A DNA stretch of 64,000 nucleotides from Auanema rhodensis. Its lineage: Eukaryota; Animalia; Nematoda. The DNA lies in NCBI GenBank assembly GCA_964057225.1, contig CAXKVF010000078.1, forward strand, positions 124,001-188,000, written 5' to 3'. A model generated the notes under the pieces. That model did not search any database, was not told where the DNA came from, and worked only from the letters and a program-made list of their open reading frames with translations. Each line of letters begins with the position of its first letter. The first letter of the stretch is position 1. Below, piece after piece: positions 1 through 13,300 of the stretch. The position numbers and the translations under genes were made by a program.

Positions 1-7
1 AGTGCAC

Positions 8-15
8 ATCACGTG
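8..15. other. ATCACGTG: E-box/G-box (CACGTG) matching the RTCACRTG CDEI consensus; one per monomer (first copy shown)
   Basis: Exact motif match in the sequence. Binding of bHLH-ZIP proteins to CACGTG is established knowledge; occupancy here is unknown. Confidence 0.5.
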
Positions 16-151
16 TACATTTAATTAGCATAAATTAAAGTTCACGTAAATTTCAAAGTCATGGTTACCATGCACCAATATCAATAAAAATTTGTTTTTA
101 GACTAATATGGACATGGGGAATCTAATTTTGAAAACCGCATCTCTTTATCT

Positions 152-161
152 TTCACGTGAA
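152..161. other. TTCACGTGAA: perfect 10-bp palindrome with a second CACGTG E-box; one per monomer (first copy shown)
   Basis: Read directly. A one-mismatch copy, TTCACGTAAA, lies at monomer positions 41-50. Confidence 0.55.
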
Positions 162-176
162 GCGAGTTACATACCA

Positions 177-352
177 AGTGCACATCACGTGTACATTTAA
201 TTAGCATAAATTAAAGTTCACGTAAATTTCAAAGTCATGGTTACCATGAACCAATATCAATAAAAATTTGTTTTTAGACTAATATGGACATGGGGAATCT
301 AATTTTGAAAACCGCATCTCTTTATCTTTCACGTGAAGCGAGTTACATACCA
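177..352 (+). repeat. Representative consensus monomer (A73 type), 176 bp, 56/176 G+C, five CpGs (monomer positions 12, 45, 137, 156, 163)
   Basis: Read directly from the sequence; this is the most frequent monomer type throughout the window. Confidence 0.97.
235..249. other. TCATGGT-T-ACCATGA interrupted palindrome (7-bp arms in A73 monomers, 6-bp arms in C73 monomers; contains the BstEII site GGTTACC)
   Basis: Monomer positions 59-73, read in monomer 2; the arms are exact reverse complements. Confidence 0.7.
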
Positions 353-3300
353 AGTGCACATCACGTGTACATTTAATTAGCATAAATTAAAGTTCACGTA
401 AATTTCAAAGTCATGGTTACCATGAACCAATATCAATAAAAATTCGTTTTTAGACTAATATGGACATGGGGAATCTAATTTTGAAAACCGCATTTCTTTA
501 TCTTTCACGTGAAGCGAGTTACATACCAAGTGCACATCACGTGTACATTTAATTAGCATAAATTAAAGTTCACGTAAATTTCAAAGTCATGGTTACCATG
601 AACCAATATCAATAAAAATTTGTTTTTAGACTAATATGGACATGGGGAATCTAATTTTGAAAACCGCATCTCTTTATCTTTCACGTGAAGCGAGTTACAT
701 ACCAAGTGCACATCACGTGTACATTTAATTAGCATAAATTAAAGTTCACGTAAAATTCAAAGTCATGGTTACCATGCACCAATATCAATAAAAATTTGTT
801 TTTAGACTAATATGGACATGGGGAATCTAATTTTGAAAACCGCATCTCTTTATCTTTCACGTGAAGCGAGTTACATACCAAGTGCACATCACGTGTACAT
901 TTAATTAGCATAAATTAAAGTTCACGTAAATTTCAAAGTCATGGTTACCATGAACCAATATCAATAAAAATTTGTTTTTAGACTAATATGGACATGGGGA
1001 ATCTAATTTTGAAAACCGCATCTCTTTATCTTTCACGTGAAGCGAGTTACATACCAAGTGCACATCACGTGTACATTTAATTAGCATAAATTAAAGTTCA
1101 CGTAAATTTCAAAGTCATGGTTACCATGAAGCAATATCAATAAAAATTTGTTTTTAGACTAATATGGACATGGGGAATCTAATTTTGAAAACCGCATCTC
1201 TTTATCTTTCACGTGAAGCGAGTTACATACCAAGTGCACATCACGTGTACATTTAATTAGCATAAATTAAAGTTCACGTAAATTTCAAAGTCATGGTTAC
1301 CATGAACCAATATCAATAAAAATTTGTTTTTAGACTAATATGGACATGGGGAATCTAATTTTGAAAACCGCATCTCTTTATCTTTCACGTGAAGCGAGTT
1401 ACATACCAAGTGCACATCACGTGTACATTTAATTAGCATAAATTAAAGTTCACGTAAATTTCAAAGTCATGGTTACCATGAACCAATATCAATAAAAATT
1501 CGTTTTTAGACTAATATGGACATGGGGAATCTAATTTTGAAAACCGCATTTCTTTATCTTTCACGTGAAGCGAGTTACATACCAAGTGCACATCACGTGT
1601 ACATTTAATTAGCATAAATTAAAGTTCACGTAAATTTCAAAGTCATGGTTACCATGCACCAATAACAATAAAAATTTGTTTTTAGACTGATATGGACATG
1701 GGGAATCTAATTTTGAAAACCGCATCTCTTTATCTTTCACGTGAAGCGAGTTACATACCAAGTGCACATCACGTGTACATTTAATTAGCATAAATTAAAG
1801 TTCACGTAAATTTCAAAGTCATGGTTACCATGCACCAATAACAATAAAAATTTGTTTTTAGACTGATATGGACATGGGGAATCTAATTTTGAAAACCGCA
1901 TCTCTTTATCTTTCACGTGAAGCGAGTTACATACCAAGTGCACATCACGTGTACATTTAATTAGCATAAATTAAAGTTCACGTAAATTTCAAAGTCATGG
2001 TTACCATGAACCAATATCAATAAAAATTTGTTTTTAGACTAATATGGACATGGGGAATCTAATTTTGAAAACCGCATCTCTTTATCTTTCACGTGAAGCG
2101 AGTTACATACCAAGTGCACATCACGTGTACATTTAATTAGCATAAATTAAAGTTCACGTAAATTTCAAAGTCATGGTTACCATGAACCAATATCAATAAA
2201 AATTTGTTTTTAGACTAATATGGACATGGGGAATCTAATTTTGAAAACCGCATCTCTTTATCTTTCACGTGAAGCGAGTTACATACCAAGTGCACATCAC
2301 GTGTACATTTAATTAGCATAAATTAAAGTTCACGTAAATTTCAAAGTCATGGTTACCATGAACCAATATCAATAAAAATTTGTTTTTAGACTAATATGGA
2401 CATGGGGAATCTAATTTTGAAAACCGCATTTCTTTATCTTTCACGTGAAGCGAGTTACATACCAAGTGCACATCACGTGTACATTTAATTAGCATAAATT
2501 AAAGTTCACGTAAATTTCAAAGTCATGGTTACCATGAACCAATATCAATAAAAATTTGTTTTTAGACTAATATGGACATGGGGAATCTAATTTTGAAAAC
2601 CGCATCTCTTTATCTTTCACGTGAAGCGAGTTACATACCAAGTGCACATCACGTGTACATTTAATTAGCATAAATTAAAGTTCACGTAAAATTCAAAGTC
2701 ATGGTTACCATGCACCAATATCAATAAAAATTTGTTTTTAGACTAATATGGACATGGGGAATCTAATTTTGAAAACCGCATCTCTTTATCTTTCACGTGA
2801 AGCGAGTTACATACCAAGTGCACATCACGTGTACATTTAATTAGCATAAATTAAAGTTCACGTAAATTTCAAAGTCATGGTTACCATGCACCAATAACAA
2901 TAAAAATTTGTTTTTAGACTGATATGGACATGGGGAATCTAATTTTGAAAACCGCATCTCTTTATCTTTCACGTGAAGCGAGTTACATACCAAGTGCACA
3001 TCACGTGTACATTTAATTAGCATAAATTAAAGTTCACGTAAATTTCAAAGTCATGGTTACCATGAACCAATATCAATAAAAATTTGTTTTTAGACTAATA
3101 TGGACATGGGGAATCTAATTTTGAAAACCGCATCTCTTTATCTTTCACGTGAAGCGAGTTACATACCAAGTGCACATCACGTGTACATTTAATTAGCATA
3201 AATTAAAGTTCACGTAAATTTCAAAGTCATGGTTACCATGCACCAATATCAATAAAAATTTGTTTTTAGACTAATATGGACATGGGGAATCTAATTTTGA

Positions 3301-4048
3301 AAACCGCATCTCTTTATCTTTCACGTGAAGCGAGTTACATACCAAGTGCACATCACGTGTACATTTAATTAGCATAAATTAAAGTTCACGTAAATTTCAA
3401 AGTCATGGTTACCATGAACCAATATCAATAAAAATTTGTTTTTAGACTAATATGGACATGGGGAATCTAATTTTGAAAACCGCATCTCTTTATCTTTCAC
3501 GTGAAGCGAGTTACATACCAAGTGCACATCACGTGTACATTTAATTAGCATAAATTAAAGTTCACGTAAATTTCAAAGTCATGGTTACCATGAAGCAATA
3601 TCAATAAAAATTTGTTTTTAGACTAATATGGACATGGGGAATCTAATTTTGAAAACCGCATCTCTTTATCTTTCACGTGAAGCGAGTTACATACCAAGTG
3701 CACATCACGTGTACATTTAATTAGCATAAATTAAAGTTCACGTAAATTTCAAAGTCATGGTTACCATGCACCAATATCAATAAAAATTTGTTTTTAGACT
3801 GATATGGACATGGGGAATCTAATTTTGAAAACCGCATCTCTTTATCTTTCACGTGAAGCGAGTTACATACCAAGTGCACATCACGTGTACATTTAATTAG
3901 CATAAATTAAAGTTCACGTAAATTTCAAAGTCATGGTTACCATGAACCAATATCAATAAAAATTTGTTTTTAAACTAATATGGACATGGGGAATCTAATT
4001 TTGAAAACCGCATCTCTTTATCTTTCACGTGAAGCGAGTTACATACCA

Positions 4049-7000
4049 AGTGCACATCACGTGTACATTTAATTAGCATAAATTAAAGTTCACGTAAATT
4101 TCAAAGTCATGGTTACCATGAACCAATATCAATAAAAATTTGTTTTTAGACTAATATGGACATGGGGAATCTAATTTTGAAAACCGCATCTCTTTATCTT
4201 TCACGTGAAGCGAGTTACATACCAAGTGCACATCACGTGTACATTTAATTAGCATAAATTAAAGTTCACGTAAATTTCAAAGTCATGGTTACCATGAACC
4301 AATATCAATAAAAATTTGTTTTTAGACTAATATGGACATGGGGAATCTAATTTTGAAAACCGCATTTCTTTATCTTTCACGTGAAGCGAGTTACATACCA
4401 AGTGCACATCACGTGTACATTTAATTAGCATAAATTAAAGTTCACGTAAAATTCAAAGTCATGGTTACCATGCACCAATATCAATAAAAATTTGTTTTTA
4501 GACTAATATGGACATGGGGAATCTAATTTTGAAAACCGCATCTCTTTATCTTTCACGTGAAGCGAGTTACATACCAAGTGCACATCACGTGTACATTTAA
4601 TTAGCATAAATTAAAGTTCACGTAAATTTCAAAGTCATGGTTACCATGAACCAATATCAATAAAAATTTGTTTTTAGACTAATATGGACATGGGGAATCT
4701 AATTTTGAAAACCGCATCTCTTTATCTTTCACGTGAAGCGAGTTACATACCAAGTGCACATCACGTGTACATTTAATTAGCATAAATTAAAGTTCACGTA
4801 AATTTCAAAGTCATGGTTACCATGAACCAATATCAATACAAATTTGTTTTTAGACTAATATGGACATGGGGAATCTAATTTTGAAAACCGCATTTCTTTA
4901 TCTTTCACGTGAAGCGAGTTACATACCAAGTGCACATCACGTGTACATTTAATTAGCATAAATTAAAGTTCACGTAAAATTCAAAGTCATGGTTACCATG
5001 CACCAATATCAATAAAAATTTGTTTTTAGACTAATATGGACATGGGGAATCTAATTTTGAAAACCGCATCTCTTTATCTTTCACGTGAAGCGAGTTACAT
5101 ACCAAGTGCACATCACGTGTACATTTAATTAGCATGAATTAAAGTTCACGTAAAATTCAAAGTCATGGTTACCATGCACCAATATCAATAAAAATTTGTT
5201 TTTAGACTAATATGGACATGGGGAATCTAATTTTGAAAACCGCATCTCTTTATCTTTCACGTGAAGCGAGTTACATACCAAGTGCACATCACGTGTACAT
5301 TTAATTAGCATAAATTAAAGTTCACGTAAATTTCAAAGTCATGGTTACCATGCACCAATATCAATAAAAATTTGTTTTTAGACTAATATGGACATGGGGA
5401 ATCTAATTTTGAAAACCGCATCTCTTTATCTTTCACGTGAAGCGAGTTACATACCAAGTGCACATCACGTGTACATTTAATTAGCATAAATTAAAGTTCA
5501 CGTAAATTTCAAAGTCATGGTTACCATGAACCAATATCAATAAAAATTTGTTTTTAGACTAATATGGACATGGGGAATCTAATTTTGAAAACCGCATCTC
5601 TTTATCTTTCACGTGAAGCGAGTTACATACCAAGTGCACATCACGTGTACATTTAATTAGCATAAATTAAAGTTCACGTAAATTTCAAAGTCATGGTTAC
5701 CATGCACCAATATCAATAAAAATTTGTTTTTAGACTGAAATGGACATGGGGAATCTAATTTTGAAAACCGCATCTCTTTATCTTTCACGTGAAGCGAGTT
5801 ACATACCAAGTGCACATCACGTGTACATTTAATTAGCATAAATTAAAGTTCACGTAAATTTCAAAGTCATGGTTACCATGAACCAATATCAATAAAAATT
5901 TGTTTTTAGACTAATATGGACATGGGGAATCTAATTTTGAAAACCGCATCTCTTTATCTTTCACGTGAAGCGAGTTACATACCAAGTGCACATCACGTGT
6001 ACATTTAATTAGCATAAATTAAAGTTCACGTAAATTTCAAAGTCATGGTTACCATGAACCAATATCAATAAAAATTTGTTTTTAGACTAATATGGACATG
6101 GGGAATCTAATTTTGAAAACCGCATCTCTTTATCTTTCACGTGAAGCGAGTTACATACCAAGTGCACATCACGTGTACATTTAATTAGCATAAATTAAAG
6201 TTCACGTAAATTTCAAAGTCATGGTTACCATGAAGCAATATCAATAAAAATTTGTTTTTAGACTAATATGGACATGGGGAATCTAATTTTGAAAACCGCA
6301 TCTCTTTATCTTTCACGTGAAGCGAGTTACATACCAAGTGCACATCACGTGTACATTTAATTAGCATAAATTAAAGTTCACGTAAATTTCAAAGTCATGG
6401 TTACCATGCACCAATATCAATAAAAATTTGTTTTTAGACTGATATGGACATGGGGAATCTAATTTTGAAAACCGCATCTCTTTATCTTTCACGTGAAGCG
6501 AGTTACATACCAAGTGCACATCACGTGTACATTTAATTAGCATAAATTAAAGTTCACGTAAATTTCAAAGTCATGGTTACCATGAACCAATATCAATAAA
6601 AATTTGTTTTTAGACTAATATGGACATGGGGAATCTAATTTTGAAAACCGCATTTCTTTATCTTTCACGTGAAGCGAGTTACATACCAAGTGCACATCAC
6701 GTGTACATTTAATTAGAATAAATTAAAGTTCACGTAAATTTCAAAGTCATGGTTACCATGAACCAATATCAATAAAAATTTGTTTTTAGACTAATATGGA
6801 CATGGGGAATCTAATTTTGAAAACCGCATCTCTTTATCTTTCACGTGAAGCGAGTTACATACCAAGTGCACATCACGTGTACATTCAATTAGCATAAATT
6901 AAAGTTCACGTAAATTTCAAAGTCATGGTTACCATGCACCAATATCAATAAAAATTTGTTTTTAGACTAATATGGACATGGGGAATCTAATTTTGAAAAC

Positions 7001-10000
7001 CGCATCTCTTTATCTTTCACGTGAAGCGAGTTACATACCAAGTGCACATCACGTGTACATTTAATTAGCATAAATTAATGTTCACGTAAATTTCAAAGTC
7101 ATGGTTACCATGAACCAATATCAATAAAAATTTGTTTTTAGACTAATATGGACATGGGGCATCTAATTTTGAAAACCGCATCTCTTTATCTTTCACGTGA
7201 AGCGAGTTACATACCAAGTGCACATCACGTGTACATTTAATTAGCATAAATTAAAGTTCACGTAAATTTCAAAGTCATGGTTACCATGAACCAATATCAA
7301 TAAAAATTTGTTTTTAGACTAATATGGACATGGGGAATCTAATTTTGAAAACCGCATCTCTTTATCTTTCACGTGAAGCGAGTTACATACCAAGTGCACA
7401 TCACGTGTACATTTAATTAGCATAAATTAAAGTTCACGTAAATTTCAAAGTCATGGTTACCATGAACCAATATCAATAAAAATTTGTTTTTAGACTAATA
7501 TGGACATGGGGAATCTAATTTTGAAAACCGCATTTCTTTATCTTTCACGTGAAGCGAGTTACATACCAAGTGCACATCACGTGTACATTTAATTAGCATA
7601 AATTAAAGTTCACGTAAAATTCAAAGTCATGGTTACCATGCACCAATATCAATAAAAATTTGTTTTTAGACTAATATGGACATGGGGAATCTAATTTTGA
7701 AAACCGCATCTCTTTATCTTTCACGTGAAGCGAGTTACATACCAAGTGCACATCACGTGTACATTTAATTAGCATAAATTAAAGTTCACGTAAATTTCAA
7801 AGTCATGGTTACCATGAACCAATATCAATAAAAATTTGTTTTTAGACTAATATGGACATGGGGAATCTAATTTTGAAAACCGCATCTCTTTATCTTTCAC
7901 GTGAAGCGAGTTACATACCAAGTGCACATCACGTGTACATTTAATTAGCATAAATTAAAGTTCACGTAAATTTCAAAGTCATGGTTACCATGAACCAATA
8001 TCAATAAAAATTTGTTTTTAGACTAATATGGACATGGGGAATCTAATTTTGAAAACCGCATTTCTTTATCTTTCACGTGAAGCGAGTTACATACCAAGTG
8101 CACATCACGTGTACATTTAATTAGCATAAATTAAAGTTCACGTAAAATTCAAAGTCATGGTTACCATGCACCAATATCAATAAAAATTTGTTTTTAGACT
8201 AATATGGACATGGGGAATCTAATTTTGAAAACCGCATCTCTTTATCTTTCACGTGAAGCGAGTTACATACCAAGTGCACATCACGTGTACATTTAATTAG
8301 CATGAATTAAAGTTCACGTAAAATTCAAAGTCATGGTTACCATGCACCAATATCAATAAAAATTTGTTTTTAGACTAATATGGACATGGGGAATCTAATT
8401 TTGAAAACCGCATCTCTTTATCTTTCACGTGAAGCGAGTTACATACCAAGTGCACATCACGTGTACATTTAATTAGCATAAATTAAAGTTCACGTAAATT
8501 TCAAAGTCATGGTTACCATGCACCAATATCAATAAAAATTTGTTTTTAGACTAATATGGACATGGGGAATCTAATTTTGAAAACCGCATCTCTTTATCTT
8601 TCACGTGAAGCGAGTTACATACCAAGTGCACATCACGTGTACATTTAATTAGCATAAATTAAAGTTCACGTAAATTTCAAAGTCATGGTTACCATGAACC
8701 AATATCAATAAAAATTTGTTTTTAGACTAATATGGACATGGGGAATCTAATTTTGAAAACCGCATCTCTTTATCTTTCACGTGAAGCGAGTTACATACCA
8801 AGTGCACATCACGTGTACATTTAATTAGCATAAATTAAAGTTCACGTAAATTTCAAAGTCATGGTTACCATGCACCAATATCAATAAAAATTTGTTTTTA
8901 GACTGAAATGGACATGGGGAATCTAATTTTGAAAACCGCATCTCTTTATCTTTCACGTGAAGCGAGTTACATACCAAGTGCACATCACGTGTACATTTAA
9001 TTAGCATAAATTAAAGTTCACGTAAATTTCAAAGTCATGGTTACCATGAACCAATATCAATAAAAATTTGTTTTTAGACTAATATGGACATGGGGAATCT
9101 AATTTTGAAAACCGCATCTCTTTATCTTTCACGTGAAGCGAGTTACATACCAAGTGCACATCACGTGTACATTTAATTAGCATAAATTAAAGTTCACGTA
9201 AATTTCAAAGTCATGGTTACCATGAACCAATATCAATAAAAATTTGTTTTTAGACTAATATGGACATGGGGAATCTAATTTTGAAAACCGCATCTCTTTA
9301 TCTTTCACGTGAAGCGAGTTACATACCAAGTGCACATCACGTGTACATTTAATTAGCATAAATTAAAGTTCACGTAAATTTCAAAGTCATGGTTACCATG
9401 AAGCAATATCAATAAAAATTTGTTTTTAGACTAATATGGACATGGGGAATCTAATTTTGAAAACCGCATCTCTTTATCTTTCACGTGAAGCGAGTTACAT
9501 ACCAAGTGCACATCACGTGTACATTTAATTAGCATAAATTAAAGTTCACGTAAATTTCAAAGTCATGGTTACCATGCACCAATATCAATAAAAATTTGTT
9601 TTTAGACTGATATGGACATGGGGAATCTAATTTTGAAAACCGCATCTCTTTATCTTTCACGTGAAGCGAGTTACATACCAAGTGCACATCACGTGTACAT
9701 TTAATTAGCATAAATTAAAGTTCACGTAAATTTCAAAGTCATGGTTACCATGAACCAATATCAATAAAAATTTGTTTTTAGACTAATATGGACATGGGGA
9801 ATCTAATTTTGAAAACCGCATTTCTTTATCTTTCACGTGAAGCGAGTTACATACCAAGTGCACATCACGTGTACATTTAATTAGAATAAATTAAAGTTCA
9901 CGTAAATTTCAAAGTCATGGTTACCATGAACCAATATCAATAAAAATTTGTTTTTAGACTAATATGGACATGGGGAATCTAATTTTGAAAACCGCATCTC

Positions 10001-10384
10001 TTTATCTTTCACGTGAAGCGAGTTACATACCAAGTGCACATCACGTGTACATTCAATTAGCATAAATTAAAGTTCACGTAAATTTCAAAGTCATGGTTAC
10101 CATGCACCAATATCAATAAAAATTTGTTTTTAGACTAATATGGACATGGGGAATCTAATTTTGAAAACCGCATCTCTTTATCTTTCACGTGAAGCGAGTT
10201 ACATACCAAGTGCACATCACGTGTACATTTAATTAGCATAAATTAATGTTCACGTAAATTTCAAAGTCATGGTTACCATGAACCAATATCAATAAAAATT
10301 TGTTTTTAGACTAATATGGACATGGGGCATCTAATTTTGAAAACCGCATCTCTTTATCTTTCACGTGAAGCGAGTTACATACCA
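4049..10384 (+). repeat. 18-monomer (3168-bp) tandem HOR duplication: 4049-7216 and 7217-10384
   Basis: The same ordered variant series recurs at offset 3168: C29A at 6717/9885, A105G+T107A, T22C, A39T+A120C. ORF pairs 5657/8825 and 6361/9529 have the same offset. The only difference I noticed is A>C at 4839. Confidence 0.9.
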
Positions 10385-13300
10385 AGTGCACATCACGTGT
10401 ACATTTAATTAGCATAAATTAAAGTTCACGTAAATTTCAAAGTCATGGTTACCACGAACCAATATCAATAAAAATTTGTTTTTAGACTAATATGGACATG
10501 GGGAATCTAATTTTGAAAACCGCATCTCTTTATCTTTCACGTGAAGCGAGTTACATACCAAGTGCACATCACGTGTACATTTAATTAGCATAAATTAAAG
10601 TTCACGTAAATTTCAAAGTCATGGTTACCATGAACCAATATCAATAAAAATTTGTTTTTAGACTAATATGGACATGGGGAATCTAATTTTGAAAACCGCA
10701 TCTCTTTATCTTTCACGTGAAGCGAGTTACATACCAAGTGCACATCACGTGTACATTTAATTAGCATAAATTAAAGTTCACGTAAATTTCAAAGTCATGG
10801 TTACCATGAACCAATATCAATAAAAATTTGTTTTTAGACTAATATGGACATGGGGAATCTAATTTTGAAAACCGCATCTCTTTATCTTTCACGTGAAGCG
10901 AGTTACATACCAAGTGCACATCACGTGTACATTTAATTAGCATAAATTAAAGTTCACGTAAATTTCAAAGTCATGGTTACCATGAACCAATATCAATAAA
11001 AATTTGTTTTTAGACTAATATGGACATGGGGAATCTAATTTTGAAAACCGCATCTCTTTATCTTTCACGTGAAGCGAGTTACATACCAAGTGCACATCAC
11101 GTGTACATTTAATTAGCATAAATTAAAGTTCACGTAAATTTCAAAGTCATGGTTACCATGAACCAATATCAATAAAAATTTGTTTTTAGACTAATATGGA
11201 CATGGGGAATCTAATTTTGAAAACCGCATCTCTTTATCTTTCACGTGAAGCGAGTTACATACCAAGTGCACATCACGTGTACATTTAATTAGCATAAATT
11301 AAAGTTCACGTAAATTTCAAAGTCATGGTTACCATGAAGCAATATCAATAAAAATTTGTTTTTAGACTAATATGGACATGGGGAATCTAATTTTGAAAAC
11401 CGCATCTCTTTATCTTTCACGTGAAGCGAGTTACATACCAAGTGCACATCACGTGTACATTTAATTAGCATAAATTAAAGTTCACGTAAACTTCAAAGTC
11501 ATGGTTACCATGAAGCAATATCAATAAAAATTTGTTTTTAGACTAATATGGACATGGGGAATCTAATTTTGAAAACCGCATCTCTTTATCTTTCACGTGA
11601 AGCGAGTTACATACCAAGTGCACATCACGTGTACATTTAATTAGCATAAATTAAAGTTCACGTAAACTTCAAAGTCATGGTTACCATGAAGCAATATCAA
11701 TAAAAATTTGTTTTTAGACTAATATGGACATGGGGAATCTAATTTTGAAAACCGCATCTCTTTATCTTTCACGTGAAGCGAGTTACATACCAAGTGCACA
11801 TCACGTGTACATTTAATTAGCATAAATTAATGTTCACGTAAATTTCAAAGTCATGGTTACCATGAACCAATATCAATAAAAATTTGTTTTTAGACTAATA
11901 TGGACATGGGGCATCTAATTTTGAAAACCGCATCTCTTTATCTTTCACGTGAAGCGAGTTACATACCAAGTGCACATCACGTGTACATTTAATTAGCATA
12001 AATTAAAGTTCACGTAAATTTCAAAGTCATGGTTACCATGAACCAATATCAATAAAAATTTGTTTTTAGACTAATATGGACATGGGGAATCTAATTTTGA
12101 AAACCGCATCTCTTTATCTTTCACGTGAAGCGAGTTACATACCAAGTGCACATCACGTGTACATTTAATTAGCATAAATTAAAGTTCACGTAAATTTCAA
12201 AGTCATGGTTACCATGAACCAATATCAATAAAAATTTGTTTTTAGACTAATATGGACATGGGGAATCTAATTTTGAAAACCGCATCTCTTTATCTTTCAC
12301 GTGAAGCGAGTTACATACCAAGTGCACATCACGTGTACATTTAATTAGCATAAATTAAAGTTCACGTAAATTTCAAAGTCATGGTTACCATGAACCAATA
12401 TCAATAAAAATTTGTTTTTAGACTAATATGGACATGGGGAATCTAATTTTGAAAACCGCATCTCTTTATCTTTCACGTGAAGCGAGTTACATACCAAGTG
12501 CACATCACGTGTACATTTAATTAGCATAAATTAAAGTTCACGTAAATTTCAAAGTCATGGTTACCATGAACCAATATCAATAAAAATTTGTTTTTAGACT
12601 AATATGGACATGGGGAATCTAATTTCGAAAACCGCATCTCTTTATCTTTCACGTGAAGCGAGTTACATACCAAGTGCACATCACGTGTACATTTAATTAG
12701 CATAAATTAAAGTTCACGTAAACTTCAAAGTCATGGTTACCATGAAGCAATATCAATAAAAATTTGTTTTTAGACTAATATGGACATGGGGAATCTAATT
12801 TTGAAAACCGCATCTCTTTATCTTTCACGTGAAGCGAGTTACATACCAAGTGCACATCACGTGTACATTTAATTAGCATAAATTAAAGTTCACGTAAATT
12901 TCAAAGTCATGGTTACCATGAACCAATATCAATAAAAATTTGTTTTTAGACTAATATGGACATGGGGAATCTAATTTTGAAAACCGCATCTCTTTATCTT
13001 TCACGTGAAGCGAGTTACATACCAAGTGCACATCACGTGTACATTTAATTAGCATAAATTAAAGTTCACGTAAACTTCAAAGTCATGGTTACCATGAAGC
13101 AATATCAATAAAAATTTGTTTTTAGACTAATATGGACATGGGGAATCTAATTTTGAAAACCGCATCTCTTTATCTTTCACGTGAAGCGAGTTACATACCA
13201 AGTGCACATCACGTGTACATTTAATTAGCATAAATTAAAGTTCACGTAAACTTCAAAGTCATGGTTACCATGAAGCAATATCAATAAAAATTTGTTTTTA

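Noticed and set aside
83-88. AATAAA polyadenylation signal and T-run terminator in each monomer
   Set aside because: Expected by chance in AT-rich DNA, and there is no gene context.
8-140. Budding-yeast point centromere (CDEI-CDEII-CDEIII)
   Set aside because: A CDEI-like octamer is present, but the following region is well below the >90% AT typical of CDEII. There is no proper CDEIII (CCGAA core) at the expected distance, and point centromeres are single-copy.
1-176. Identity with known ~171-178 bp satellites (Brassica CentBr, Arabidopsis CEN178, honeybee AluI, primate alpha satellite)
   Set aside because: Only the length is similar. The consensus lacks AAGCTT and AGCT, the HindIII and AluI sites that define several of these families, and I see no sequence resemblance from memory. 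A database search is still needed.
1-176. CENP-B box (NTTCGNNNNANNCGGGN)
   Set aside because: Neither TTCG nor CGGG occurs on either strand of the consensus.
1-176. Tandem 5S rRNA, tRNA, snRNA or spliced-leader gene array
   Set aside because: About 32% GC, with no recognisable A/B/C boxes, cloverleaf or conserved RNA sequence. An Rfam scan would settle it.
153-250. Monomer built from an ancestral ~33-bp sub-repeat
   Set aside because: Beyond the shared TCACGT core and a downstream CAT, the three segments align poorly by eye; this is insufficient support.
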